NCBI GenBank assembly: GCA_964583795.1
Contig: CAZOWX010000005.1
Location: forward strand, 861-64,860
DNA from: an uncultured Pseudomonadales bacterium
GTDB taxonomy: Bacteria > Patescibacteriota > Microgenomatia > UBA1400 > PJMF01
Length of the DNA: 64,000 nucleotides
Reading direction: 5' to 3'
The position numbers and the translations under genes were made by a program. Positions within the stretch are counted from its first letter, which is position 1, and each line of letters begins with the position of its first letter. The notes beneath the pieces were generated by a model. That model was given only the letters and a program-made list of their open reading frames with translations, was not told the origin of the DNA and ran no database searches. This document shows positions 10,904 through 20,358 of the stretch, piece after piece.

Positions 10904-11004
10904 CTTTTGACACGTATGCTAGATTGTCACAATCCAAATGTGACAAACTCTCAAGCTTGAAAAGCTTTTTTATGTTGTCTGAATTAATCAAGTATATATC
11001 AATA

Positions 11005-11646
11005 CTACTTCATCAACACAGATTCCAGAACTTGACCCACTATTTCTTTTGCTTCATCTTTTGACCCTACAAAATCATGCAGTGAAACGACCAAAACCCC
11101 ATCCTTACTGTCGACAAACGCAGTTGTCTCCTGAACTGCCTGAAAACTGAGTGTCTGATACTGTGCAGTTTGAATTTCTACAGGAGTGTATATATCTGCT
11201 TGCTTCTGTCGCAAAACCAATCCTGTATCATCGTGCAATGATTTTCCCTGTGCATACTTTGTCCAAGAAACTGTTAACGCTCCTTTAGGGTGATACAGCG
11301 TACTGCGAACTACACACTTGGTTTCAGTTTCCTCTACTATTGGACTGTATTGACCTTCAAATTGATAGGAAAAACAAGCAGTATCACCTTCTTTTTTCTG
11401 TTTAGAGTTACCACCAACTTCTCGCACTCTTGCAGAACCGACATCTCTCAAGCGAGCTTGTGATACGTCACTGACTTCATGACCATACTGGGGTGAAGAA
11501 AAGAATACCCAAACTCGAACGACTCCTATAGCCAACACCAAAAGCAACAAACCAGCCAGCAAAACAACTCGTTTTTTGACTAGCGTTTGTTTTTTTCGCG
11601 TCGTCTTTGACGAAGCTGTGGTTTGTTCCTGTGCTTGCGGTACCAA
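11005..11646 (-). CDS. Membrane-anchored hypothetical protein
   Basis: TM helix VVLLAGLLLLVLAIGVV; probable TTG start at 11646 just after GGAGGAGG; overlaps the 3' end of the upstream gene. Confidence 0.6.
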   Translation of the reverse strand: MVPQAQEQTTASSKTTRKKQTLVKKRVVLLAGLLLLVLAIGVVRVWVFFSSPQYGHEVSDVSQARLRDVGSARVREVGGNSKQKKEGDTACFSYQFEGQYSPIVEETETKCVVRSTLYHPKGALTVSWTKYAQGKSLHDDTGLVLRQKQADIYTPVEIQTAQYQTLSFQAVQETTAFVDSKDGVLVVSLHDFVGSKDEAKEIVGQVLESVLMK

Positions 11647-12533
11647 AGCGCACCTCCTCCTGCTAGGATACAAAAAATACCAACCACTAACCATGGTGAA
11701 AGATAAAAATAACTTGTTTGATAGTTGTACTTCGCTTCATAATCCGCAGTTGATCCAGTAATCTCCAAGGACAAAAATGAAACTGGAAAAACCCATCGCG
11801 AGCGATGAACAAAGACGGGAACTACTCGGCGCATACCGGGCAGGATTAAAACTGAGTCTTCATTTACAACAGCTTGAGCGACTACTCGACGGAACTGATC
11901 TCGAACTAATAATGTTCCCCGAGGAATAACATGGACGTTGCCTCTGTTTTCAAAGCTCAGATCAACCCGTTTGGGAAAATGCACAGAAACAGAACGCTGT
12001 GTTGGCTGTACACTGATCAAAGATAAATTTATCTGTTCTCCATCGACTTTTCGCACCAGCAAAAGTGAAGCCACTGCCGGTAAAACCTGATGATCAACTT
12101 TTGTGTCAGTTACTAACTTGCTCACAAGTGCAACATAATGTCCACCTGGAGAAAGAGAGGCTCGATTGTGAACTCGAAAACTTATCTTTTTGCTCGAATG
12201 CGGAGATATCGTTGCAAAGCTTTGATCAAACAGTACATAGTTAATCTCACCAACAGCCTCATTAAGCGAAGGATTAAAAAATGACAATGAACCAAGGTAA
12301 TCAACAGCCGTATATGCTACGACTTCGAACTGGAACTGCAACTCTTGATCAGTATTATTTTCGAGTGTGAAAGACCCTGACTGTTTGTCTGAACTTTTGT
12401 CGATAACGATCTCTTGATATGCTGGAGAAATAATGACATCTTGAGAATTTTGCGCCTGGACCTTTTGTACTTTCACACAAAATACGACAAGAGCCAAGGA
12501 TAAGACAGATAGTCGTATTTGATACCACTGCAT
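11580..12533 (-). CDS. DUF916/WxL-interacting-like Ig-fold protein with C-terminal TM anchor
   Basis: Signal peptide; ISPAYQE..TLENNT..SPGGHY..FENRGNVHVIPRG; C-terminal TM plus basic tail. Confidence 0.7.
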   Translation of the reverse strand: MQWYQIRLSVLSLALVVFCVKVQKVQAQNSQDVIISPAYQEIVIDKSSDKQSGSFTLENNTDQELQFQFEVVAYTAVDYLGSLSFFNPSLNEAVGEINYVLFDQSFATISPHSSKKISFRVHNRASLSPGGHYVALVSKLVTDTKVDHQVLPAVASLLLVRKVDGEQINLSLISVQPTQRSVSVHFPKRVDLSFENRGNVHVIPRGTLLVRDQFRRVVAQAVVNEDSVLILPGMRRVVPVFVHRSRWVFPVSFLSLEITGSTADYEAKYNYQTSYFYLSPWLVVGIFCILAGGGALWYRKHRNKPQLRQRRREKNKR

Positions 12534-12590
12534 AAAAGTATCATCACATAGCAGATTACCCAGTACAAGACCAAAGCCAAGAAAATCAAA

Positions 12591-13685
12591 TTATTTTGTT
12601 CGTTTGCGTTTTCGTTTCAACAATAAAAATATCGGCATAAACAACCCCAACAGCGCTAATAACACAATCACAGCAATCACTCCTAAGATTTTCCAAGGAA
12701 TAACCCAAAAACTCACAACTGCCTCGGTTGGGACATCTCGCTCACCGTCGTCGTAAATAAAAATCAAATGAGCGTTATATTTTCCAAAACGAAACTTATC
12801 CGCCTGAGAAAAGTCCCATTTTACCTTCTTCTTCGGCTTTCCTTGTTCATCTTTTACAAGACTCCCATCAATACTTTCTGCTTCATAACGAGGAAAACCA
12901 TCATTCCAATCAAGGTGATAGGTTCTCACCGAGTTTGGCAAAACAACTCCCAGTGTTCTATTCAACTCAATCATTCCCGCATCTCTTTTCTTGGCATCAT
13001 CAATAAAAATGTTCCCAACAGGAGCTAAGTGCACATTTCCAGTGTTTTTTATTTCAATAGAAAATTCCGCTGGCAGATACTCATACACTTTTTTTGAAGT
13101 TGAAAAAGAAACCAGCTGTAGCTCTTGCTTTTCATATGGGACAATCACTTTTGTTAGTAAAAGCACTGCGGGCGCTCCAATCACGGTTGATTCACCCTCA
13201 GTGGCATGTGTCGCACTGGCTCGCCGAATCACGATTGCATAGTAGTACGATAAACCAGCAGAATCTGGAGGTGAAAAATCAACGTTGAGCGTTTGCCACT
13301 TCTGCGGTTCGAGCGAGAATTGCGAGGGGGTAATCTTGAGCCAATGTTGAGCCTCATCACCCGCAGCAAACTCACTTAAAGCAGGAGAACTGCCATTGGC
13401 CTGTGCAGTAAAGGTCATCAAGTGGATTTCAAGAAGCTCCGTTTCATCACCAGCATTGAGAACCTTCAGAGAAGTTTGCCCAGACTCTCCTGGTTTCGTA
13501 TCCAAAAATAATGAAGGTGGAGAGACTGTTAACCGAATCGGGGAAGCCGGAGCAAGAACGGTTGGAGTCGGAGAGGGGATTACTTGCGCACTATTACTCG
13601 CGTCTGATACGGCTAACACTTGAGCAATACTCTGCAGAATCAAAATACTCAGCAAACACACAATAGTAAATCGTTTCGCCATCAT
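12591..13685 (-). CDS. DUF916/WxL-interacting-like Ig-fold protein with C-terminal TM anchor
   Basis: LTVSPP..KPGES..LKVLN..IKNTGNVHLAPVGNI..FRFGKYNA..FWVIPWK then TM and KRKRKRTK; paralogous to the 11580..12533 gene. Confidence 0.75.
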   Translation of the reverse strand: MMAKRFTIVCLLSILILQSIAQVLAVSDASNSAQVIPSPTPTVLAPASPIRLTVSPPSLFLDTKPGESGQTSLKVLNAGDETELLEIHLMTFTAQANGSSPALSEFAAGDEAQHWLKITPSQFSLEPQKWQTLNVDFSPPDSAGLSYYYAIVIRRASATHATEGESTVIGAPAVLLLTKVIVPYEKQELQLVSFSTSKKVYEYLPAEFSIEIKNTGNVHLAPVGNIFIDDAKKRDAGMIELNRTLGVVLPNSVRTYHLDWNDGFPRYEAESIDGSLVKDEQGKPKKKVKWDFSQADKFRFGKYNAHLIFIYDDGERDVPTEAVVSFWVIPWKILGVIAVIVLLALLGLFMPIFLLLKRKRKRTK

Positions 13686-13848
13686 TGAGCCCGCTACTTT
13701 CTTGATTTCCTACAACTTGCTGTATCATCTGCGTCTATGTTACTTCACAACAAGTCCATTATGACAGATATATGCCAAACCGATCATTTCGTCAAGGAGA
13801 ATCCGAAATGCATCGTTGATCTGAGCAGTTTTTTGATATTGATGGGGC

Positions 13849-13886
13849 ATAAAAAAACAACACCGTTTTGCGGTGTTGTTTTTTAT
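13849..13886. terminator. Rho-independent terminator (A/T tracts on both sides)
   Basis: ataaaaaaacaacaccg-ttttg-cggtgttgttttttat, 17 nt downstream of the 13903 stop. Confidence 0.8.
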
Positions 13887-13902
13887 AAGCAAAAAAAGCT
13901 TT

Positions 13903-14382
13903 TTACTCTTCCATCATTGGTCCATGACCACCACCATAACGACCCATTCCACCCATCAGGTAGCGCAAATCAATTCCATTCTCTTGAGCCCACCGTACCA
14001 GTTCTTGGCGGTGTTGCTCGCGAGTGGCTTGACGCTCCTCTCGAGTTTGATCATCAAACTCGCTCGCATCAGGTCGATTCGCTGCTAACTGCGCGCGTTT
14101 AGCAAGAATAGCTTGCTTTTGGGCTTCAGTCAGCTTGCCATCAGTAACGTCTTGAGTGAGACGCTCTTCGAACCGAGACTCAGCTTGCTCTCGCAGCTGT
14201 GAGCGGTGCTCATCAAACACAGCTTGGACGTCAGCTTGATTGAGTCCAAATTTTTGTGAAATTGTTTGGACCAAGCTTTGCGATGGGTTGATCATCGTCT
14301 TGGCTGACACTTCTCCATGATTTAGTAATAATGCGGCACCCAACACAATTGCCGCGATGGGTACAAATACAGCTTTTTTCAT
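13903..14382 (-). CDS. Secreted helical hypothetical protein (Spy/CpxP-like character)
   Basis: Start MKKAV after GAAAGGAGA; signal peptide; DGKLTEAQK motif; Gly/Met-rich tail. Confidence 0.7.
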   Translation of the reverse strand: MKKAVFVPIAAIVLGAALLLNHGEVSAKTMINPSQSLVQTISQKFGLNQADVQAVFDEHRSQLREQAESRFEERLTQDVTDGKLTEAQKQAILAKRAQLAANRPDASEFDDQTREERQATREQHRQELVRWAQENGIDLRYLMGGMGRYGGGHGPMMEE

Positions 14383-14449
14383 AACTGTATCTCCTTTCAT
14401 GCTGAAACTATACAAAGACAATCTGAAAGCGAGCTTAATGGGGGAACAG

Positions 14450-14498
14450 TCAGGTGTCGGGTGTCGGGTATCAGGTGTCAGGTTTCGAGTTTCAGATT
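14450..14498. repeat. Seven degenerate tandem heptamers
   Basis: tcaggtg tcgggtg tcgggta tcaggtg tcaggtt tcgagtt tcagatt. Confidence 0.8.
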
Positions 14499-14611
14499 CA
14501 ACATCGACATAGTTGCCGTCGAAGAACTATCTTACATTTGGAAGTGGAAGCTAACTCGTTAATTTCTTTGAGCAACTTTTGTAGTGAGGACATATACTAA
14601 TACGCGCAAGT

Positions 14612-15814
14612 TTATAGATACTTTCCTCTGATCTCAACATTTGAGATGGTGAATGAAAATGGTTCAGTGTGGACATCATCGACTCGCACCGATTGTTCGA
14701 CAAAAATTTTGCGCTGTACTCCACTGTCCTCGGCCAACTTCGAAGCAACGTTCACGGGACCCCCTGCGATCTCAAACCCTTCTTTCATCGGAAATAGCAA
14801 CACATCTCCAAAGGTTATGCCGATGTTAGCGATAAACTCGTTATGCTCGAGTTTTTCAAAAACTGCTTTAGCAAAAGTTATGGCAGCCTTTGGATCATCA
14901 CTCACAAAGATGGCCAAATTGCCATTTGACTTCACTTTAGTGAGTTCGGGAAAAGTACTATGCACCTGATTTACATATGCATTTGCCACAATATAGCTGG
15001 TTAACTCTTCCAAAAGTTGCTCTTGCCGTTGATGATAGACCCTCATCAAGACCACAGCTTTGCGTTGTAAAAATTTGGGCATATGAGCTTGTCTCTCTTC
15101 TTTTGAAAGCTGATCATAACGACAAAGAAATTGGTAAAACTCATCATTAAATGGATAGGGATAACTGCCATCTGTTTTTTTTCTTACTAGCGGTGATTGT
15201 GAAGCATAATCCAGTACATACGCATTTGGATACTCACTGTGCTCTTTTACGTATTTGAGGTATTCGCGGGCCAAATATTTCCCAACATCCTTTGTCAGTG
15301 CAATTTCGCCCCCAGCCGTATGGTTTTCAGCTAACTCTTCCAGATTCTCAGCTTCTTCTCCGTAGAGTCCTCCGCCAATTTCTAAAAACGTCCCTCGATG
15401 CACTCCCATTCCAACCTGAACGGTCAGCTGCTTTATTTCCCTCTGGGCAGCAATCATTGCTTCAATCACTTCCTGAGTCGATATGGACTCGTCATAGAAC
15501 ATTTGGGTGTTATCAGCTACCCACAACCCAATTCCACGACCACCAATTGCTGTGCCATACGCATGGATCACTTCTTTTGGTTGACTGATCAGTTGCATGA
15601 CATCCAACAGTTCAAGTTGTGCTGACAGCTTGCTGAGACCGGCAGAGTCCGAAGAAACAACCGTGCCTTTTTTTTCGTATGGACTGAGCAACTCGAGATG
15701 TTTTTTGCCACTTTTATCACTCGTATTCCAAAGCAAAATAAGCTCTAAGGGAATCGCTCCCGCTATATCTTGTGAAAGATCTGCCAAAACTGGGGTGATT
15801 GGTGTGTTTGCCAT
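14612..15814 (-). CDS. Class III nucleotide (adenylate/guanylate) cyclase-like protein, tandem domains
   Basis: VVSSDSAGLSKL, VGMGVHRG, IGITFGDV..GGPVNVASKLAE motifs. Confidence 0.7.
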   Translation of the reverse strand: MANTPITPVLADLSQDIAGAIPLELILLWNTSDKSGKKHLELLSPYEKKGTVVSSDSAGLSKLSAQLELLDVMQLISQPKEVIHAYGTAIGGRGIGLWVADNTQMFYDESISTQEVIEAMIAAQREIKQLTVQVGMGVHRGTFLEIGGGLYGEEAENLEELAENHTAGGEIALTKDVGKYLAREYLKYVKEHSEYPNAYVLDYASQSPLVRKKTDGSYPYPFNDEFYQFLCRYDQLSKEERQAHMPKFLQRKAVVLMRVYHQRQEQLLEELTSYIVANAYVNQVHSTFPELTKVKSNGNLAIFVSDDPKAAITFAKAVFEKLEHNEFIANIGITFGDVLLFPMKEGFEIAGGPVNVASKLAEDSGVQRKIFVEQSVRVDDVHTEPFSFTISNVEIRGKYL

Positions 15815-15903
15815 AGAAATCTATTATACTGCTCATAAAGTGCTTCACACTTTCGAATTTCACTTGATTGTTCTATACTGGGACCTATAGAGAAAGGTAT
15901 TTT

Positions 15904-16293
15904 ATGACAGGATTCGTCGGCCATATTGAAGAACTCACTCAAAACAACACGGCGTTTCGCCAAGTGATCTTCACTGCCAAACATTCGCAACTGGTGCTGA
16001 TGCATTTGAACCCTAACGAAGATATTGGTCTAGAAATGCACGACAGTGTTGATCAGTTTTTCCGCGTTGAAAGTGGTAGCGGTAAAGTGATCATGAATGG
16101 CGAAGAACACTTGATTAGTGATGGTGATGCGATCATCGTTCCAGCAGGAACACAGCACAACATCATCAACACATCTTCTGAGCAACCACTCAAACTCTAC
16201 ACCATTTATAGTCCACCCAATCACCGTGATGGTGTGGTCCATCAAACGAAACATGACGCTGAAATGGACGAAACTGATGTTCCAGAAGCATAG
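15904..16293 (+). CDS. Cupin-2 domain protein
   Basis: IGLEMHDSVDQFFRVESGSG..GDAIIVPAGTQHNIIN..KLYTIYSPPNH. Confidence 0.9.
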   Translation: MTGFVGHIEELTQNNTAFRQVIFTAKHSQLVLMHLNPNEDIGLEMHDSVDQFFRVESGSGKVIMNGEEHLISDGDAIIVPAGTQHNIINTSSEQPLKLYTIYSPPNHRDGVVHQTKHDAEMDETDVPEA

Positions 16294-16318
16294 TATATAA
16301 ATAGTATATTTAAACAAT

Positions 16319-16603
16319 ATGACTGACTCATCAACGCAGCAGGATTTCTCGGCAACACCAAGTGGCAGCTTTCAAGTGCCAAGCGCTATTAACGATGATG
16401 CACACAACTCTTCGCCTCTCTCCCCTGACGAAATCAGCGAAAGCGAAGTCAGTGGGAGCACCCCTGATCCAGAATCAGATGACAACATGTTGGAAAACGA
16501 ACACGAAGTGGGACTCTACACTGACGCCACGGATGACGATGCTCCAGAATTGAATATCGCTGAACAAATCGAAAAAGCTGAGCAGGCTCATCGCGAAAGC
16601 TGA
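16319..16603 (+). CDS. Small acidic protein (DUF6335-like)
   Basis: 94 aa, Asp/Glu-rich, VSGSTPDPESDD..EVGL motif. Confidence 0.6.
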   Translation: MTDSSTQQDFSATPSGSFQVPSAINDDAHNSSPLSPDEISESEVSGSTPDPESDDNMLENEHEVGLYTDATDDDAPELNIAEQIEKAEQAHRES

Positions 16604-16605
16604 CC

Positions 16606-17958
16606 CTACAACCGGATACTCTGATTGCGCTTTGGACCAGTCGTAATCATAATGATCTTAGTTCCTAACTCTTTTTCCACAAATTTTAGAAATGTCTTAG
16701 CCGTCGTTGGAATTTCTTTGTAACTTTTGGCTGCTTGAATCTTTCTCTGATCCCACGGTTTAAACTCTTTATACACCGGTTTCACTTTAAACAGGAACTC
16801 TTGATCTGGTCGATAGCTCACTTTTTTGCCTCGTATGGTATACCCCACGCATACTTTGATTGGAGTGTCCGCATATGAAATATCCATGTGAGTGAGCACA
16901 TGGGCGTTCACTTTTCCAACTTTGGCATAATAACGAAGCGCCTCCAAATCAAGATAGGCAATGTCTCGCGGGCGTTTCGTCGTGGCGCCATACTCATTGG
17001 CATCTTCGCGAATCCGATTGGCTAACTTGCCACTCATCATCGTCGGGATCTGGCGTGTTCCCACACTACTCATATAGGTAGCTTTGATCACCGCCGCGCG
17101 CACTTTGATCAGATCGGAATCGATGATGCCTTCAGTTGCTGATTGAATTCCATCAAACGTTGTTGTGGAGGCAGTCACGTCTGGATAGACTCCCCATCGA
17201 TAATCAAGCCCAATTGCTTGTGCCTTCTCGAATACAAAACTACACTTGGGATCATTCCAGGTTTTTTGGATAAAATCAGACATGTTGGCAATCACACTTG
17301 CCAACTCTTCACTCTGCTTCATGAGTCGTTTGACGAAAACAGCGAGCGACCCGACCGGCTCCCCCTCAACATTTGCCAATCGCGCTACGTTGACTTGCGC
17401 TAGTTTTTGGCCCAAACCGCTGATGAGCGCATCGTAGAGTTTGTAATGTTGTTCGATTTTGGTTGAGTTAAATGGTTTTAAATCACGCACTCGCAGTGGG
17501 TGTCGAAGTAAAACGTCAGCATACGCGGGAGCAATTCCGCGCCCAGTAGACCCTTTCCCTCCATCTTGCCAACTTTTGAGCACGTTTTCAAAAGCTCGGT
17601 GAGTATCAAGCGATAAAATGGCCATCTCATCAAGATAGATTTTGGCCAACTCAACCTCTTTACTAAATTTTTTTACATCACTCAGCTCAGTTACCAAATC
17701 ACCGGGATGAATCACCATTTCTTTGCCCAAAACTACCACAGCCTCTTTACAAAAAATTCCTGATGGCAGCTGATGTAGCGCTATCGTTCCTGATAGAAGT
17801 GAGACTGTGTGCCCTGCATTGGCCCCTCCATTATCCCGATACACCACCACTGGTCCTTTTTTTGCCAACTTCGTGACATACTCATCAACAATCCGACCTT
17901 TCCCCTCATCACCAAAAGCTCCACCACAAAAGCCGTACGCATTGGGTTTTATTTTCAT
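16606..17958 (-). CDS. purA: Adenylosuccinate synthetase
   Basis: FGDEGKGRIVD, GGANAGHT, GSTGRGIAPAY, GVYPDVTAS, EYGATTKRPR. Confidence 0.95.
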   Translation of the reverse strand: MKIKPNAYGFCGGAFGDEGKGRIVDEYVTKLAKKGPVVVYRDNGGANAGHTVSLLSGTIALHQLPSGIFCKEAVVVLGKEMVIHPGDLVTELSDVKKFSKEVELAKIYLDEMAILSLDTHRAFENVLKSWQDGGKGSTGRGIAPAYADVLLRHPLRVRDLKPFNSTKIEQHYKLYDALISGLGQKLAQVNVARLANVEGEPVGSLAVFVKRLMKQSEELASVIANMSDFIQKTWNDPKCSFVFEKAQAIGLDYRWGVYPDVTASTTTFDGIQSATEGIIDSDLIKVRAAVIKATYMSSVGTRQIPTMMSGKLANRIREDANEYGATTKRPRDIAYLDLEALRYYAKVGKVNAHVLTHMDISYADTPIKVCVGYTIRGKKVSYRPDQEFLFKVKPVYKEFKPWDQRKIQAAKSYKEIPTTAKTFLKFVEKELGTKIIMITTGPKRNQSIRL

Positions 17959-17993
17959 ACTGCTCCTTTTTTTCTACTTTGTTTTTTATCTTG

Positions 17994-19385
17994 TTAGCTT
18001 TTTGATAGTAGGTGAGCGACTTCTTTTGCCCCATCGTCAACAAGCTGTTCTGCTAACCCCAAATAATTCAGCGGGTTAATTCCCAACAGTTGCTTTTTTA
18101 CAGTTTGCGAAACAGGTAGTGAATGGACAAAACCAATGATATTTTTCTGATCCATCGTTTTACCCCGAGCAAATGTCTTTAACCGCTCGTATGCTGCCGC
18201 ATCACCGGTTTTGCGTACTATCGTTTGTAATGCTTCGGTAATCACTTCCCAGTGCCCGAGCAATTCAGTATGTAATCGTGACGTATTTGGAGTTACTCGT
18301 GCAAAGCCGTTTATGCATGACTGATAACCCAAAACACTATGCGCTACGGCCACTCCAAAATTCCGTTTGACCGTACTGTCGGACAAATCACGTTGCAACC
18401 GCGAAATTGGAAGCTTTGCAATAAAATGATGGATGAGTGCATTCGCGATACCCAAATTACCCTCACTATTTTCGAAATGAATTGGATTGACTTTCTGCGG
18501 CATGGTCGAAGACCCGACTTCGTTTGGTTTCACAACTTGCACAAAATACTCGTCGCTAATATAGCGCCACATATCTTGATCAAGACCGATAACAATAGTG
18601 TTCACCAGTTCCAAACTTTGAAAAAACTGCACATAACTATCAGCCGGGACTATTTGAGTCGTCCAGTTATTGGGCTTCAACCCCAAGGATTCTATAAAAG
18701 TTTTCGAGAGCCTTAACCAATTGAGTTTCGGAAAAGCTAGTTGAACAGCAGAAAAATTTCCGACGGCTCCACTGAGCTTGGCTTCAATCTGTAGTGATCG
18801 CATCGTATGCAGCTCTTTTGCTATTCTGATCGCAAAGTTCATCACCTCTTTACCGACGGTTGTTGGGATCGCTGGTTGACCATGTGTGCGAGCAAGCATC
18901 GGCACAGATCGATACTGCTTAGCGAGTGTCGATAACCTATCAATCAAACTCTCGAGCGTTGGGATAATCACTTCGTGAGATGCTCTTTGCAATAGTAGGC
19001 CTTGCGCTAATGAGTTGGTATCTTCACTGGTTAAACCAAAATGAATGTACGCACTATACTCTAGTTTCTGCGCATGCAATTTTTCTCGAATAAAGTACTC
19101 TACTGCTTTGACGTCGTGTTTCGTTTCTCGTTCGATTTCTTTTACTCTCTTCGCATCTGAATCATTAAACTGCAAAAAAATTGAATCCAGTTTTTTTTGT
19201 GACGAAACAGACAATTTTTCTTTCAAAACGTTTGTAATAAAAAAATCTAAGTATCGCACTTCCACTTCAACCCGTGTTCTGATCAGTGCATATTCAGAAA
19301 AAAATTGCGAGAGTTTCTCAGTGTCGTCATGATAGCGACCATCAATTGGGGAAATTGCAGACAGCGAAGATACAGAATCGTCCAT
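17994..19385 (-). CDS. purB: Adenylosuccinate lyase
   Basis: AISPIDGRY, HFGLTSED, RTHGQPA, GSSTMPQKVNPIHFENSEGN, SRLQRDLSDSTV. Confidence 0.97.
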   Translation of the reverse strand: MDDSVSSLSAISPIDGRYHDDTEKLSQFFSEYALIRTRVEVEVRYLDFFITNVLKEKLSVSSQKKLDSIFLQFNDSDAKRVKEIERETKHDVKAVEYFIREKLHAQKLEYSAYIHFGLTSEDTNSLAQGLLLQRASHEVIIPTLESLIDRLSTLAKQYRSVPMLARTHGQPAIPTTVGKEVMNFAIRIAKELHTMRSLQIEAKLSGAVGNFSAVQLAFPKLNWLRLSKTFIESLGLKPNNWTTQIVPADSYVQFFQSLELVNTIVIGLDQDMWRYISDEYFVQVVKPNEVGSSTMPQKVNPIHFENSEGNLGIANALIHHFIAKLPISRLQRDLSDSTVKRNFGVAVAHSVLGYQSCINGFARVTPNTSRLHTELLGHWEVITEALQTIVRKTGDAAAYERLKTFARGKTMDQKNIIGFVHSLPVSQTVKKQLLGINPLNYLGLAEQLVDDGAKEVAHLLSKS

Positions 19386-19503
19386 CTTTGTCAGTTATAT
19401 CACAAAAATGGACAGCCGCGTACGTGTGTTGAAATGAAAACAGATTTTTACTTTTCGCTACAAAAAAATAAAGAAGTCAAAAAAAACAACTCTATTTTTC
19501 TGT

Positions 19504-19818
19504 TCACTTTGGTTGCCATTGCGACAGAACCAAATTCACTTTATCACCCGAAAACTTAACTCCCTCTGCCAACAACATTTCCCGTTTGGTAAACATTCCA
19601 GCCGCCGCACTATACCCAGTCAAATGTCCGTTTGAAGCAACCACTCGATGGCAAGGAGTTTGGGGAATATCGGGGTTGGTGCGCATACATGCCCCCACAG
19701 CTCGAGCCGCCTTTGGTCGACCGGCTAAAGCGGCTATTTGCCCATACGTCGCCACCTTTCCTGTCGGAATTTGGCGGGTGATTTCGTAAACTTTTTGACA
19801 AAATGTGGAGTTTCCCAT
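19504..19818 (-). CDS. MGMT-family (O6-alkylguanine) DNA-binding/alkyltransferase protein
   Basis: IPTGKVATYGQIA..ARAVG..PCHRVV with the active-site Cys. Confidence 0.92.
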   Translation of the reverse strand: MGNSTFCQKVYEITRQIPTGKVATYGQIAALAGRPKAARAVGACMRTNPDIPQTPCHRVVASNGHLTGYSAAAGMFTKREMLLAEGVKFSGDKVNLVLSQWQPK

Positions 19819-20089
19819 ACTCGTTGATTCTACCCCACACTTCGTCTTTTTTCACTTTTCGACCAAAGGAAGTCACTACTTTTCCGAGAATTTTTGATGG
19901 GAAATTAGTTATTGAGTACAAAATTTACTCAATTTTTCGTCTTAATTGTGGTCAAAAAACCTCAAGGGTCTTTCAAAATGACTACTCCAAAACCAGATTA
20001 TCTCGTATATTCAAATCTTGTTTCTTTTGCTAGAATACTCTTCGTCCCTTGAAACACAGTTCAGGGACTTAACAAGTAAAGATCCCCGA

Positions 20090-20120
20090 CCCCACTTCGC
20101 TTAAGCTACGAGGGGCGAGC
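20090..20120. repeat. Short GC-rich palindromic element upstream of the tRNA
   Basis: ccccacttcgcttaagctacgaggggcgagc; follows a gatccccga 9-mer that recurs at the tRNA 5' end. Confidence 0.45.
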
Positions 20121-20180
20121 ACCTAAAAAGGTTCGCCTTCGATCCAGTTTTTCGATAAATTGGGCGTTAGGGAAAATCGA

Positions 20181-20252
20181 TCCCCGATAGCTCAACGGCA
20201 GAGCAGGAAGCTGTTAACTTCAAGGTTGTAGGTTCGAATCCTACTCGGGGAG
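20181..20252 (+). tRNA. tRNA-Asn (GTT), CCA not encoded
   Basis: Acceptor TCCCCGA/TCGGGGA; D-arm GCTCAACGGCAGAGC; anticodon arm GAAG-CTGTTAA-CTTC; T-loop GGTTCGAATCC. Confidence 0.97.
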
Positions 20253-20340
20253 CAAAATCCGCTCGAACTTCTTTTTCCTCAATAAATCTTTTAAAATAAG
20301 GTTCGAACTTAACCTACCCCGACGTGGAATGCTCGAACCT
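20231..20340. repeat. Junction element E0: tRNA 3' end, spacer, inverted degenerate copy
   Basis: ggttcgaatcctactcggggagc..gctcgaacttctttt..aaaataaggttcgaac..ctaccccgacgtggaatgctcgaacc; nested inverted repeats. Confidence 0.7.
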
Positions 20341-20358
20341 CTGATATACTTTGAGTAT

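Noticed and set aside
19610-20033. ORFs 19610..19921 and 19803..20033
   Set aside because: Overlap the MGMT gene or the tRNA promoter region; no motifs
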